NCBI GenBank assembly: GCA_964016885.1
Contig: OZ024740.1
Location: forward strand, 60,388,001 to 60,452,000
Length of the DNA stretch: 64,000 nt
Direction: 5' to 3'
Source of the DNA: Eledone cirrhosa
Taxonomy: Eukaryota
Position numbers and translations under genes: made by a program. Of this stretch, positions 52,471-64,000 are shown piece after piece. Within the stretch, counting starts at the first letter, position 1, and every line of letters begins with the position of its first letter. The notes below the pieces were generated by a model. The model searched no databases, was not told the DNA's origin, and saw nothing but the letters and a program-made list of their open reading frames with translations.

Positions 52471-52707
52471 CTCCCAGTCCTGCCTATCGATAGGTTCGCT
52501 CTTACTTTGGGGAAATGTCTAATCGTTGCATTATCAATGAGGCTTCGAGCTTTTCAAGAAACTACCTCAGTTAGGACCGAAATTTCCAAATTGATCGCCG
52601 TTAGTAACGAATTCAAAAGGGGTGAAAATCACCACGTGGTTAGCGGTCAAGATTATATAGTTTGGTGAACTTTTATACCATTAAACTGTGTATATATGTA
52701 TATATAT

Positions 52708-53214
52708 GATGGCTACAAACTCTGCTAAGGGTATTGCAATCGCTTGTCAGATTATAGTTTCGTGCACTTTTAGGCTACGGCTAGCCACACAAACCTGTAA
52801 CATATCCTCAACAAGCAATGCCTGTGCTTTGAAGGTATTTTAAGTGGGGAAAGGCCTTGCACTCGCCCAATCCCACTCTCTGAGCATTGAAAATAGTACC
52901 CGAAAAGGAGAATTGGTCAACATCATCGGGTGCTTCCGAAGCCGCTCATTTTTTTTTTTTTTCAGAGTTTCCCTCTCTTAGAAAGGTTGTGTGACAACAA
53001 CTGGGGGCCTTTCACTCCAGGTAAAAAAATAAAAAATACTTTTTGGATGGCCGTTGACTCTGCTGAGTTTCCCCGCCCTTTGCCGGGTCTTACATTTCAT
53101 CTCACGAGGTGTCCAAATATCACCGGTGCGGTAGCCGGTTTAGTCGGAAACGACCCGACCATGTGACAGGTTGTACTGGGTTACATGTTACCAGTAGCAC
53201 TCGAGACCGACCTG

Positions 53215-53215
<1 letters not shown>
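52708..53215 (-). mobile_element. RTE-like non-coding repeat copy
   Basis: Reverse-complement homology to 58626-59161 and direct homology to 37900-38290. Confidence 0.8.
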
Positions 53216-53297
<82 letters not shown>

Positions 53298-54308
53298 AGA
53301 AAAAAGAGAATCAGTTTTGCGACGAAAGGAATTTATTGGACATATTACAATTGTTTCTCGGGCGACCAGCTCGAGGCACGATCGATATGGTGATCAAACC
53401 TGACTCTGAAATCGCGCGGTCCTTGGATACGTCTCGATTCTACGAAGCAGATTTTCCTATTGTTCTTTAACATCGAATTCCTTCGTTTTTTTATTTAGAT
53501 CCTGTTGTTGTCAAGAATTGTACACGTCACCGGTATTTCTAGCCACTCATGGTTGCCCACTTATTGATTCTTCTCGTTCTCCACCTGCCAATCAAAATTT
53601 CTTCGTGTATCAGAATTACTACTGTGGTGGGATAGGGGCTGTAATCTTGAACGGCTGGCATCACTTCGACATCTTCATTGTCCCTAGGCGCCTTAGTCCA
53701 CATCGGTCAGGTACACACCCGGAATTATGGTGTATGCGGCAATCACCATAAATAATGCTTGGCGGGAATTTTTTTAAAAACAAATCATAGGGATATTTAG
53801 CATAACATTTGTAGGACACAGCTTAGAATGCCCTCCACCATACATATTTCAAAAAGAAAAAGAAAAAACTTGTATTAAGAACGTTTTTAATAGAAAGCTT
53901 TCAACAGCCTTTCAAACAGGAAGACTATATCAAAAGTGTTTTCAACAAATACACCCAATTCTAGACTCATACACTGGACCCAGGGGAGTGGGAGCGCGCA
54001 TAGCCCAGACGCCGCACATATATAGACAGATGAGAAAAGAAAAATCCATGGAAAGTCATCCGTACCCCCACGCAGACATACCCAGAAAAATACATCGACC
54101 CAGGCATGCGCACACCCGTGATCATGCATGTCTGTGTGGACACACATACGTACATGCACCCGCGTGCTCCCACACCGGAGGCATATACTTGATGAGTACC
54201 TCCTCACCCGTCTTCCTGCGCAGATGGTGCACACAGTATTGTATGAGACAACGTTTTTGAGGCTTTGACCCAACCCGATCACGTGGCTGTGTGAGTCCGA
54301 AGGTGCCT

Positions 54309-54399
54309 GCACAATATGCCTAAATGTTACGGCAGCACAATATGCCTAAATGTTACGGCAGCACAATATGCCTAAATGTTACGGCAACACAATATGCCT
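54309..54399. repeat. 26-bp tandem repeat, 3.5 copies
   Basis: gcacaatatgcctaaatgttacggca. Confidence 0.95.
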
Positions 54400-55149
54400 G
54401 CACTAATTGCATATAGCGTGGGTGGCATATATATAAAAAAAACCTGTACGTACATAACATAAAATAATGAAATAATATACAATAATAAAATAAAATAAGA
54501 TAAAATACAATAAAATAAAATGCTGGAAAAAGAGAATGCATACATGACAAGGATGCAGAGGGGGACCGGGCATTATCAGGGTGTGCGTAAAGTTGCATAC
54601 AATAGTTGGGGGCTGTGGTGCAAATGTTTATATGATATACATGGGGGTTGGTGGTCTAAGGCACTGGGTGGGAGCCTGCGCATGATGCAGGTCTCGTTGC
54701 TTGTGGATAGATATGGGCCGTACGTGCGTGCACAAACAAGTTATATATATTGTGGTTATGAGTAACATCCATTTCATAAAAGTATATATGAGATGTGCAT
54801 GGGTTTGATGTATACATGGAATATAAAGGGTATGTGTTTCATAACAATATATATGGAATGCACGTGGATTGTATGTATGATTGTAATGTGCCAGAGGCAT
54901 GCGTTGTGTGCGTGTGTATATTAACGGCATGGAACGACAAAATTAAAACTTGAAATTAAAACCAAAATTAAAATTAAAATTAACATCAACATTACAATTA
55001 ACTGCGACATTAACCAGCATCATGTCCATCATCCAAGTAGCAAATTAAACGCCTCTCCTTTGTTCTGTCCTAGGCCATTTTGTTTCACAGAAACAAAATG
55101 GCGTAGGACAGATCAAAGGAGAGGCACAGAAACAAAGAAAGGAATCCCC

Positions 55150-55194
55150 AGTCACTGAAGAGGTCACAGAGTGTGTGACGAAAGAACTATGACT
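55150..55194 (+). ncRNA. Minimal hammerhead motif
   Basis: AGTCA-CTGAAGA-G-GTCACA-gagtg-TGTGAC-GAAAG-AA-CTA-TGACT, with perfect stems I and II. Confidence 0.75.
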
Positions 55195-55577
55195 ATATAT
55201 AAACAACTACCTGGTTGTCGAACCAACCAACCAACCAGAAATTTATAAATTTATTATAAATTTATTATAATAAATTGAAGTGAAAGCAACTGGTGCGTGT
55301 GTTTCTTATTGGCAACATGACCCTCCCAAAGTATAACAATATCGGTTTCAACACACGATTTCAGATAAAGAATCTTGCTAAACAAATTCAGAAACGAAAT
55401 ATATATATATATATATATATATAGGAATAAAGTATGACCCCGACGGCAGAGCTCAAGCCGTTTCGACGGCTATTTCTGTCCAGGTCATACTTTTTCCTAT
55501 TACCCACTCTACTACCCTAAGTATTGAGTACTCTGGTGCATTATGGTCCATCTGGTTCCTTACCACAACTCCTTCGT

Positions 55578-55608
<31 letters not shown>

Positions 55609-55759
55609 GTATATATGCATGTGTATATATATATATATATATAGTAATATATATGTATAAATAAACACAGTAAATTTTGTGTCTAAAATTACAAGGGTAT
55701 AAGATACCACTAATGTTTTAAATATTTAATCTTACATGTGTTTTGTTTCATTTGATCTA

Positions 55760-55849
55760 ATCTCTCGCTGATGATAGCCTACAGATTATCTGTTACAAAC
55801 ACAATTTTTCAGGGCGAAACAGATTGAGTATAAAATCTGTCCGAGAGAT
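55760..55849 (+). ncRNA. Complete type I hammerhead ribozyme motif with stable stem III
   Basis: ATCTCTCG-CTGATGA-ta-GCCT..GGGC-GAAACAGATT-gagtataa-AATCTGTC-CGAGAGAT. It has an 8-bp stem I, a 7-bp stem III and a GUC triplet, and lies between inverted arms at ~55638-55735 and ~55901-55999. Confidence 0.9.
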
Positions 55850-56074
55850 GAAATTTTTTTGATACGGTCAGTATAAAATTAATATATCATACTGTATGGT
55901 TAAGATTAAATATTTAAAACATTAGTTGTATCTTATACCCTCGTAATTTTAGACACGAAATTTACTGTGTTTATTTATACATATATATTTACTATATAAT
56001 GCTCGGTATTTATACTTTGAGCTTGTTTTAATTGCAGGGTACCTATATGAGTTAATAACTCTGTATTTTATTTG

Positions 56075-56204
<130 letters not shown>

Positions 56205-56981
56205 AAAAGATTAAAGTATTGAATATATAAAATGGAGTTAAATATTTATTATTTCAGTGTAATTATGATCAGCAGTCACGGCTAAATAATATCATGAGAA
56301 CGTTCACAAATAAGATTAAATTAAAGTAACTGCCATATTACCTGCAAATCTATTCTGAGATCAATGGTGTATTTGTGAAGATGTGTGCATACGCGCCTAT
56401 GAGATTTAAAAAGAAGCAGAAATTTTCTGAAAGTTTGGTTGTGTATGGTTTATGCCTGGGCGTTAATTCTAAATCTGGATATTCGAATGTGCCAACACGT
56501 TTCATTGAGTCTAATTAATATGGATGATAAAAGCCGGCGGTACGCTATACTTCTACTCGTTAATTTTTCTGTTTATCGGAGAACGTATCATTATTTCTGT
56601 ACGTGAGCCGGTATTGGCGCCATAACTAAAGGACTTATATAGAGAAGTACAACTTACTATCTTTCCCTTTCACTTGCTGATAAAGGGGTATAAGGATGTC
56701 GTTATTTGTTTTAAGTTAAACAGGAAGAGGTGATTTAACTCATGTTTCAAGAAACTCGATGCATTAAGTCCGAGATATGTAACACTTATAACTGGCTTCG
56801 GTATTAATTTCTCAATCTATTTTTCTACAAGTGAGTGCGTCTTATGCATGGTTTTGACACATAATACCTTTGTAATAGCATCATACAATTTTCAATGATG
56901 CGCATTCTCTCCATTACATAAACTGTTATTTGCATCGAGATGTATTTTGCTTCGTAGAAAAAACACTTCTCCTTTTCTTTC

Positions 56982-57620
<639 letters not shown>

Positions 57621-57854
57621 ATGTATAAGAATTAATAGAGCACTACACAGTCTTTTTAGGATAATTTGAAATGTAAGGTAAAACCTTTTGATAAATATAG
57701 AAGTTAGTCTCTTGTTTACAATACCGAACGTGTCGGAGGTAATTATGTATTAAAAAAGGATCATCATTGATTGTATTATGAAACATAATTAGCTTACAAT
57801 ACACACAAACGCGCGTGAACACACATATATTGTATTATATATATACATATATTG

Positions 57855-57914
<60 letters not shown>

Positions 57915-57923
<9 letters not shown>

Positions 57924-58338
57924 TAAAAAAATAATGAATAAAACAATGAAACAGTTCCTTATATTAAACAAAAAAAGTTCATTATTTAACGATCGTTTCT
58001 AGGATATATATGTGTTAGAATTGGCATGCATATTCAACAGATCTATGTACAAAATTATACAAAATTATACAAACTATCAAGATTAAATATACATACCAAA
58101 CACACATATATGCCGTCTTCAGAAATATTTCTGAAGACGGCATATATGTGTGTTTGGTATGTATATTTAATCTTGATAGTTTGTATAATTTTGTATAATT
58201 TTGTACATAGATCTGTTGAATATGCATGCCAATTCTAACACATATATATCCTAGAAACGATCGTTAAATAATGAACTTTTTTTGTTTAATATAAGGAACT
58301 GTTTCATTGTTTTATTCATTATTTTTTTAATATTTTAT
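57915..58338. repeat. 424-bp perfect spacerless palindrome
   Basis: Centre at 58126/58127 (cagaaat|atttctg). Mirror-identical ORFs appear on both strands in the track. Confidence 0.95.
58126..58270 (+). ncRNA. Hammerhead motif with a ~116-nt stem II (mirror copy 57983-58127 on the minus strand)
   Basis: TATTT-CTGAAGA-[atatatgtgt/acacatatat; ttggtatgtatatttaa/ttgaatatgcatgccaa with G-U pairs]-GAAAC-GATC-GTT-AAATA. Confidence 0.75.
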
Positions 58339-58566
58339 CTTGACTCTGTATTCCGTTTATCTTTCACCGAAAGTGATTTTTCATTGCATCTCTTCTTTCC
58401 ATGATATCCGGATTACATTGAGTTCTTCATACGGATTGGACACTACCGTAAACTCTTGGTAGATTTATCTACATATATATATATATATATATTTATACAA
58501 GATAAAAGTAGAAAATGCTAATTTCTCATAGAAAAACTGAAAAACATTTTTTTTAAAAGGAATCTC

Positions 58567-58605
<39 letters not shown>

Positions 58606-58625
58606 CTGTGTGTGTGGGTGTGGGT

Positions 58626-59154
58626 GTCAGGTCGCTCTCGAGTGCTACTCGTAACATGTAACCCAGTACAACCTATCTCATGATCGGGTCGTCGGCGACT
58701 AAACCGGCATCCTCACCAAGCTTACTTGGTGAGGAGGGTGAAATTTGGACACCACCCTGCAAGATAAAATACAAGACCCGGCAGGTGGAGGAGGAACTCA
58801 GCAGAGTCAGCGGCTATCCAAATAGTACTAGTACCCCTTTTTTTTCATCTGGGAGTGAAAGGCCCCCAGTTGTTGTCACAACACCTTTCTAGGAGAGGGA
58901 AACTCTGGAAAAAAAAACCTGCAGCTTCGGAAGCTTCCGATGATGTTGGCCATTTCTCCTTTTCGGGTAGTGTCTTCGGTGCTCAGAGAGTGGGAATGGT
59001 CGAGTTCAAGGCCTTTTCCCACTTAAAAAACCTTCAAAGCACAGGCATTGCTTGTTGAGGATATGTTACAGGTTCGTGTGGCTGGGCGTAGCCTAAAAGT
59101 GCACCAAACTCTATAATCTGATAAGCGATTGCAATACTCTTAGCAGAGTTTGCA

Positions 59155-59161
<7 letters not shown>
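58626..59161 (+). mobile_element. RTE-like non-coding repeat copy
   Basis: gggtcgtcggcgactaaaccggc and ctaggagagggaaactctg motifs, between microsatellites. Confidence 0.8.
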
Positions 59162-59238
<77 letters not shown>

Positions 59239-59239
59239 T

Positions 59240-60280
59240 TTAATGGTGTGTAACGTTTAGTTACTATTGGTTCACCAGTTTGAGCACTCAATGTCAATGT
59301 GGGTCCGATTGTCGATGTGTTATTCTAAGTAGCCGGTATACTTACTGAAGTTGAACTTGCTTTGCCCAGTGACTTATTCGTGTTGAACTTGAAATAATTA
59401 CACGGTAGATGAGTCTTGATAGCACACGCATACTGTTATGTTCACTATTGTTTAATTTCTTAATAGTATTGTGTACTGTAGAGTAACTGAAAGTTTCTTC
59501 ACTTTTGGAGTTCAACGGGAGAGTTTCAGGACTCTGAGATACACGGAGGCTACCATCACGGAATGAACAATATTCTTGCAGGGGTTACGGTGATCAGTAA
59601 GTGCCCTCCATATATAGACATGAGTGATTTTCTCTGCGCATTGAGCGTTCTTGTTTTGTTTTTGGTTTTGTTTTTTCTCTGAACTGCCCCATTGCCGGAA
59701 TGAGTTAACCATTTGTGGGGCATGGCTGGATAGCAGCCTTTGTTGTGTGTACGATATAGAGGGTGAGGACTAAGATTATTCCATTTATCCTTAACTGATG
59801 GATCAGGTTGAGAGAATCACATGTGCTACCAAGGATAGTTAGCAAAGAACTGGTGGAGCTCCAATCAGTCACCTGCTTTTAAGTATCATGCAGTCTTAGA
59901 CGTTCAGATAGTGATACATATCTGCAGATGTGTTATAGATAGTCGCGATAAATAAACTGACGAATGACCTGATGGTTACAGTGATAACTATGTATGTTTT
60001 GGTTGGGATTTGAAGATGGGGAGAAAGAGATCACGGATGTTTGATGTGTCTGTCAGAGATGTATGTCGGTAGAGATGAAGGCTGTAAAAGATTCGATTTC
60101 TGCACTAGCGACATCAGTACGGGTTGACTGAAAGAGCCAAACAAAGTTGTGAGCATTGATGGCACTGTAAAAAATAAAACTGTGGAGAGGATGATGCATA
60201 AAGTCATTGATGTATGAAGAAATGTAGTTGAAGAGTTGTCGGTGGTTCGAAAGTTCAGAGAACGGTATCGAAATATGTAT
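59240..60280 (-). mobile_element. Degenerate APE-type LINE ORF2 fragment (endonuclease region)
   Basis: Manual translation gives YRSLN / QLFNYISSYI..AINAHNFVWL..TRTDVA, resembling the YRSPN and GDFNAH..W motifs. Confidence 0.55.
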
Positions 60281-60649
60281 ATATATTTGAGAGAGTAGGA
60301 GAATTTAAGCTAGAGTAATCAGATGTCTTGTTTCTTATATTCACGTAAATGGTGATAAGAGAGGAATCTACATATGTGCTTACCCCCCCCCCTCTCGCTC
60401 TCGCTCTCCCTCTCTCTCACTCTCTCTCTTTCTTTCTCTCTCTCTCTCCTTTCTATCTCACACTCTCTCACCTCCTCTTTCTCTCACGCCACTCTACTAC
60501 TATCAAATCCTTTTTATAGCACCCTTGCTGCTCTCACTCCCTCCCTCACGCTTGATGAATTTTATTCGTTGTTTTGGATGTCCAATCCTTTTTATTACTT
60601 ACACCTTCAGCCGCAGATGGAAAGATGAGATATTCCTATAAATTTACAG

Positions 60650-60900
60650 TCATGACCTCAGAAAGCTTTCAAGATAAAACTGAGGAAGATGGTGGATTTG
60701 ATTACTGAATGCCAAATATTTGGAACGCTCGGGTGTTATATCTATATCGAGGAATGGCAAAAAATTAACGGTTTGTCACATATACACGATCTGTTTAACA
60801 AATAATATGAACTCCAGTCAAATTGATTCCAACATAGCTGTAGAGCTTCCAAACTCTGGTTGGGATAAAGAGCTCTTTGATATTGTCAAAGCCAAGATGT
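60650..60900 (+). mobile_element. Helitron Rep domain fragment
   Basis: IFGTLGCYIYIEEWQKINGLSHIHDL (cf. E.QKRGLPH.H.L, HUH motif 2) followed by IDSNIAVELPNSGWDKELFDIVKAKM. Confidence 0.75.
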
Positions 60901-61411
60901 ACTTTTCTCAACAGGAAGCCAAATTGCGTAGAAGAAAGAATCTACTGAAAGTTTTCTAAGATCATTTTTTTTTTAGGTTGAAAATAGTTATCCGTGATAA
61001 CAGCAAAGGATGGGAGCTTCTAAACCTTGCTAGAACAGTACGACATTGATATCATATGGTTAGTTCGATACTGCCTACTTTTGACCAAAACATTTAATAC
61101 ACAAATCAATTTTGAGGTTTGTGATTCAAATATGTTTGATACGGCAATTTTGCTCTAAAGCAGCAAAATAATCACGATAAAGTTATTCATCTCCAACAGG
61201 AACAATGCATCAGTAACAATGAGGCTTTATAGGGTATTTCGACTTACCTATTCTTGAAAGATGCCTCGTCATTGAACAGTTTGCTTTCCGTTTGGAAAGT
61301 GGTTAATGGGGTTATTAAACTTAAATAACTACTGTACAACAGCCAACAGACACATCGTTTACAGCATTTTTCCAACCGAACCAGCATGATCCCTTTACAA
61401 AAATATTGGTT

Positions 61412-61600
61412 TCTTATATAGGCACAAGGCCAGTGATTTTGGGGGATGGGAAAGTCGATTAAATCGACCCCAGTGCGTGACTGGTACTTTATTTTATCGA
61501 CCACATGAGGATGAAAGGCAAAGTTAACCTCGGATCATAAAGGGCCGTAACTCTTTGCTGCAAAGCATGGCGTCCGACTCTCTACCGATACTGCCTGCCA
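61412..61600 (-). mobile_element. tRNA-derived SINE
   Basis: gtcgattaaatcgaccccagt..ctggtacttta..ggatgaaaggcaaagt, homologous to the 30095 and 41470 copies. Confidence 0.75.
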
Positions 61601-62403
61601 TGTCATCAGGTCTTATCCTACTACACATGGAACAAAACACAAGGAGACGAAGAAAGGAAAGTGTTCCTACTGAAAGCCAACCTGGCATGGCGTTTGATAA
61701 AGCCATTGGAAGAAGGCACACTGTACATCCCTTTAACATGAACTTTACAATGAACGATTCCAATATTTGGTGTGGGTTTCCTCTGAGCTTTCTCGGTTCC
61801 ATACATTTTAAGAACGATTCTATTTCCAAGTATGATTTGCCTCCGAACATTGGAGTTTCCACTCATTAAAAAAAAAATATTATAAGAATTAAAGAATTTA
61901 AAAAATAAAAATGAGATATTATGATTAATTATATTTTCAAAGGAAACAAAACTATTTTCATATTTGGGGACGGTCATGTCCTAATATTGCCAAATAGTAA
62001 AACACACTGTTTGGTTTGGTTTTCGTTTCAGTATATTTATATAAATAATTTAACTGAACCCCGATGCACCCGGCCGATTAACCCACTCGATATGCAAATT
62101 GGGCTACTCAGCCATTAATATGCATAAGGAAAGTATATACTTTCGGACGTTCAACAATCTGGCAGAAAGGTATACGTTGCTGACGATATCTAACACATTC
62201 CTTTGTCAGTGTTGAACAAACGAGCAACGGCGGTTGCTGGACACTGCGGCTTAATACAGGATGTTTGTTTGCAAACACACCGAGCATTATAATAAATGTT
62301 CGGTGAATCCATACGTACATATATATATGTGTGCATGTATTTATATATATATATATATACATACTACTGTGCGTGTATACATATATGTATGTACGTATAC
62401 ATA

Positions 62404-62509
<106 letters not shown>

Positions 62510-62530
62510 GATATAGATATAGATATAGAT

Positions 62531-62735
62531 ATTATGTAATAAACAACACAAATTATTATTCCATTACCCAAGGTTTCACGAAGTCACACGATTACAACAG
62601 AGGCGTCTGAAATCGTTCACCAAATAGAAATATTTTTCTATCTGGTGAACGACTTCAGACGCCTCTATTAGAATCGTCTGACTTCGTGAAACCTTGGGTA
62701 ATGGAATACTTATTTTGTGTTGTTTAATACATAAT
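62531..62735. repeat. ~205-bp imperfect palindrome carrying HHR 3' halves
   Basis: Both arms contain GAAAC-cttgg-GTA-atggaata pointing outward. Confidence 0.85.
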
Positions 62736-62800
62736 TAAATAGCTCTGTACTATACATAGAGCACTCTTCTTTCCTTTACCCTTTTCCACGGAAATACTTA

Positions 62801-62902
<102 letters not shown>

Positions 62903-62913
62903 TGTGTATATAC

Positions 62914-62957
<44 letters not shown>

Positions 62958-63435
62958 CTATTTCTTCATTGGATGTGCCAGGACGTTTGGCGCGTGATCC
63001 TGGATAACTACCGCTGATGTTGCCAGCTTCGTCACTGTCCTCATAAGGAAAATATCTACTAGGGATTTCACTTCAACTAAGGATTGTTTGACCATTAATC
63101 ATTGATTTTCTGTTATATATATAGTCACTAACTTTCAATTTCCGCAATGTTATACTTAGGAGAGGAAAAGATAAATATACCCTAAAATCTATGATGTGTT
63201 CTTTCAACTACTAACAAATTGTTTTTCAGATTTCGACCGTTAACCAACGCTAAAAGTTTCCTGGTGTGTAAAAACAAACAAACAGATGAAAGTATCTTTA
63301 GACTGAAAATTCTGAATAAAACACTACGTTTTAATTCTTTATACGCATTGTTTGGGCTTTTAATCATTAGAAATCATTACATTGTCGCAATGCCATGGAA
63401 AATTGCCTAGAAATTCAATTTGTGTATATTTATGC

Positions 63436-63477
<42 letters not shown>

Positions 63478-63568
63478 CGGAGGAAATGTGGTAAGGAACC
63501 AGGTGGACCATAACGCACCAAAGTACTCAATACTTGAGGTAGTAGAGTGGGTAGTAGGAACCAGTAAG

Positions 63569-63662
63569 ACCCCGACAGCTGAGCTCAAGCCGTTTCGACG
63601 GCTAATTCTGGACTAAATGAAAATTTATCCTGGTATTTAAATAGCCGATCTTCTCAAGGGGT
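63569..63662 (-). ncRNA. Complete hammerhead motif, U3-A8 core variant
   Basis: ACCCC-TTGAGAA-GAtCGGCTA..TAGCCGTC-GAAACGGCT-tgagctc-AGCTGTC-GGGGT. All three stems pair. Confidence 0.8.
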
Positions 63663-64000
63663 AATTCCATATATGGTCAAAGTGATTGTCAAAAATCAGT
63701 AGTAATTCTGTGGTTGCAAATTAGTAGTGGAGATGGTGGCTAAACCTGCCAGTAGGAGAAAGAGGGGAGGGGGTGGAGTAGACCCAATCAAGCGTTGGTA
63801 GTGCCAGCTACAGCTGGGCATGAGGTCAAAGAAGATACAGGGGAGGGGGAGGGGGGGAAGTCGGAACGGTAGGTAGAACAATGGGGGGTAGAAAAATATA
63901 TATAGGAAAGAAAAAATACTGAAAGTGAAGAAAAGCAAATAAGTGTAAAGAAAAAAGTAAAGTAAATTAAATTCTACGACCTAGGTCTCAGGCTATTGTT

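Larger units (their letters stand above)
53296..55340. mobile_element. Degraded Penelope-like remnants
   Basis: 53296-53460 is a diverged reverse complement of the 27500-27665 terminus. 53830-53960 (+) gives PPPY..KTCI/RTFL..SVFNKYT, resembling the PLE NPPYS..KTNIG.F..IFNRNT segment. Ends with an HHR and a tail shared with 5580-5880. Confidence 0.5.

Noticed and set aside
62125-62215. Minus-strand CTGACAA-aGGA..TCC-GAAAGTATATACTT motif
   Set aside because: Core mismatch and no stem I pairing.

Overview
AT-rich, microsatellite-dense animal genomic DNA. The tRNA-derived SINE motifs resemble those I recall from Octopus, which is an inference. I found no confident host protein-coding gene. About 26% of the window is a 54-bp tandem array (8941-25650). 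The rest is transposon material: a frameshifted Penelope-like retroelement with Naiad-type signatures and ~215-bp inverted termini (46321-52108), a Buster-type hAT transposon with TIRs and an 8-bp TSD, three R4/Dong-type LINE pieces in (TACA)n, and CR1/L2-, RTE-, CRE- and Helitron-like fragments. The main finding is a dense population of type I hammerhead-ribozyme (HHR) motifs, about 13 well-formed plus several relics. They lie in diverse short, (TA)n-embedded, often fold-back elements and in both termini of the Penelope-like element. They include U3-A8 compensatory core variants and very long stem II hairpins. All folds were derived by eye and none has been tested for cleavage.
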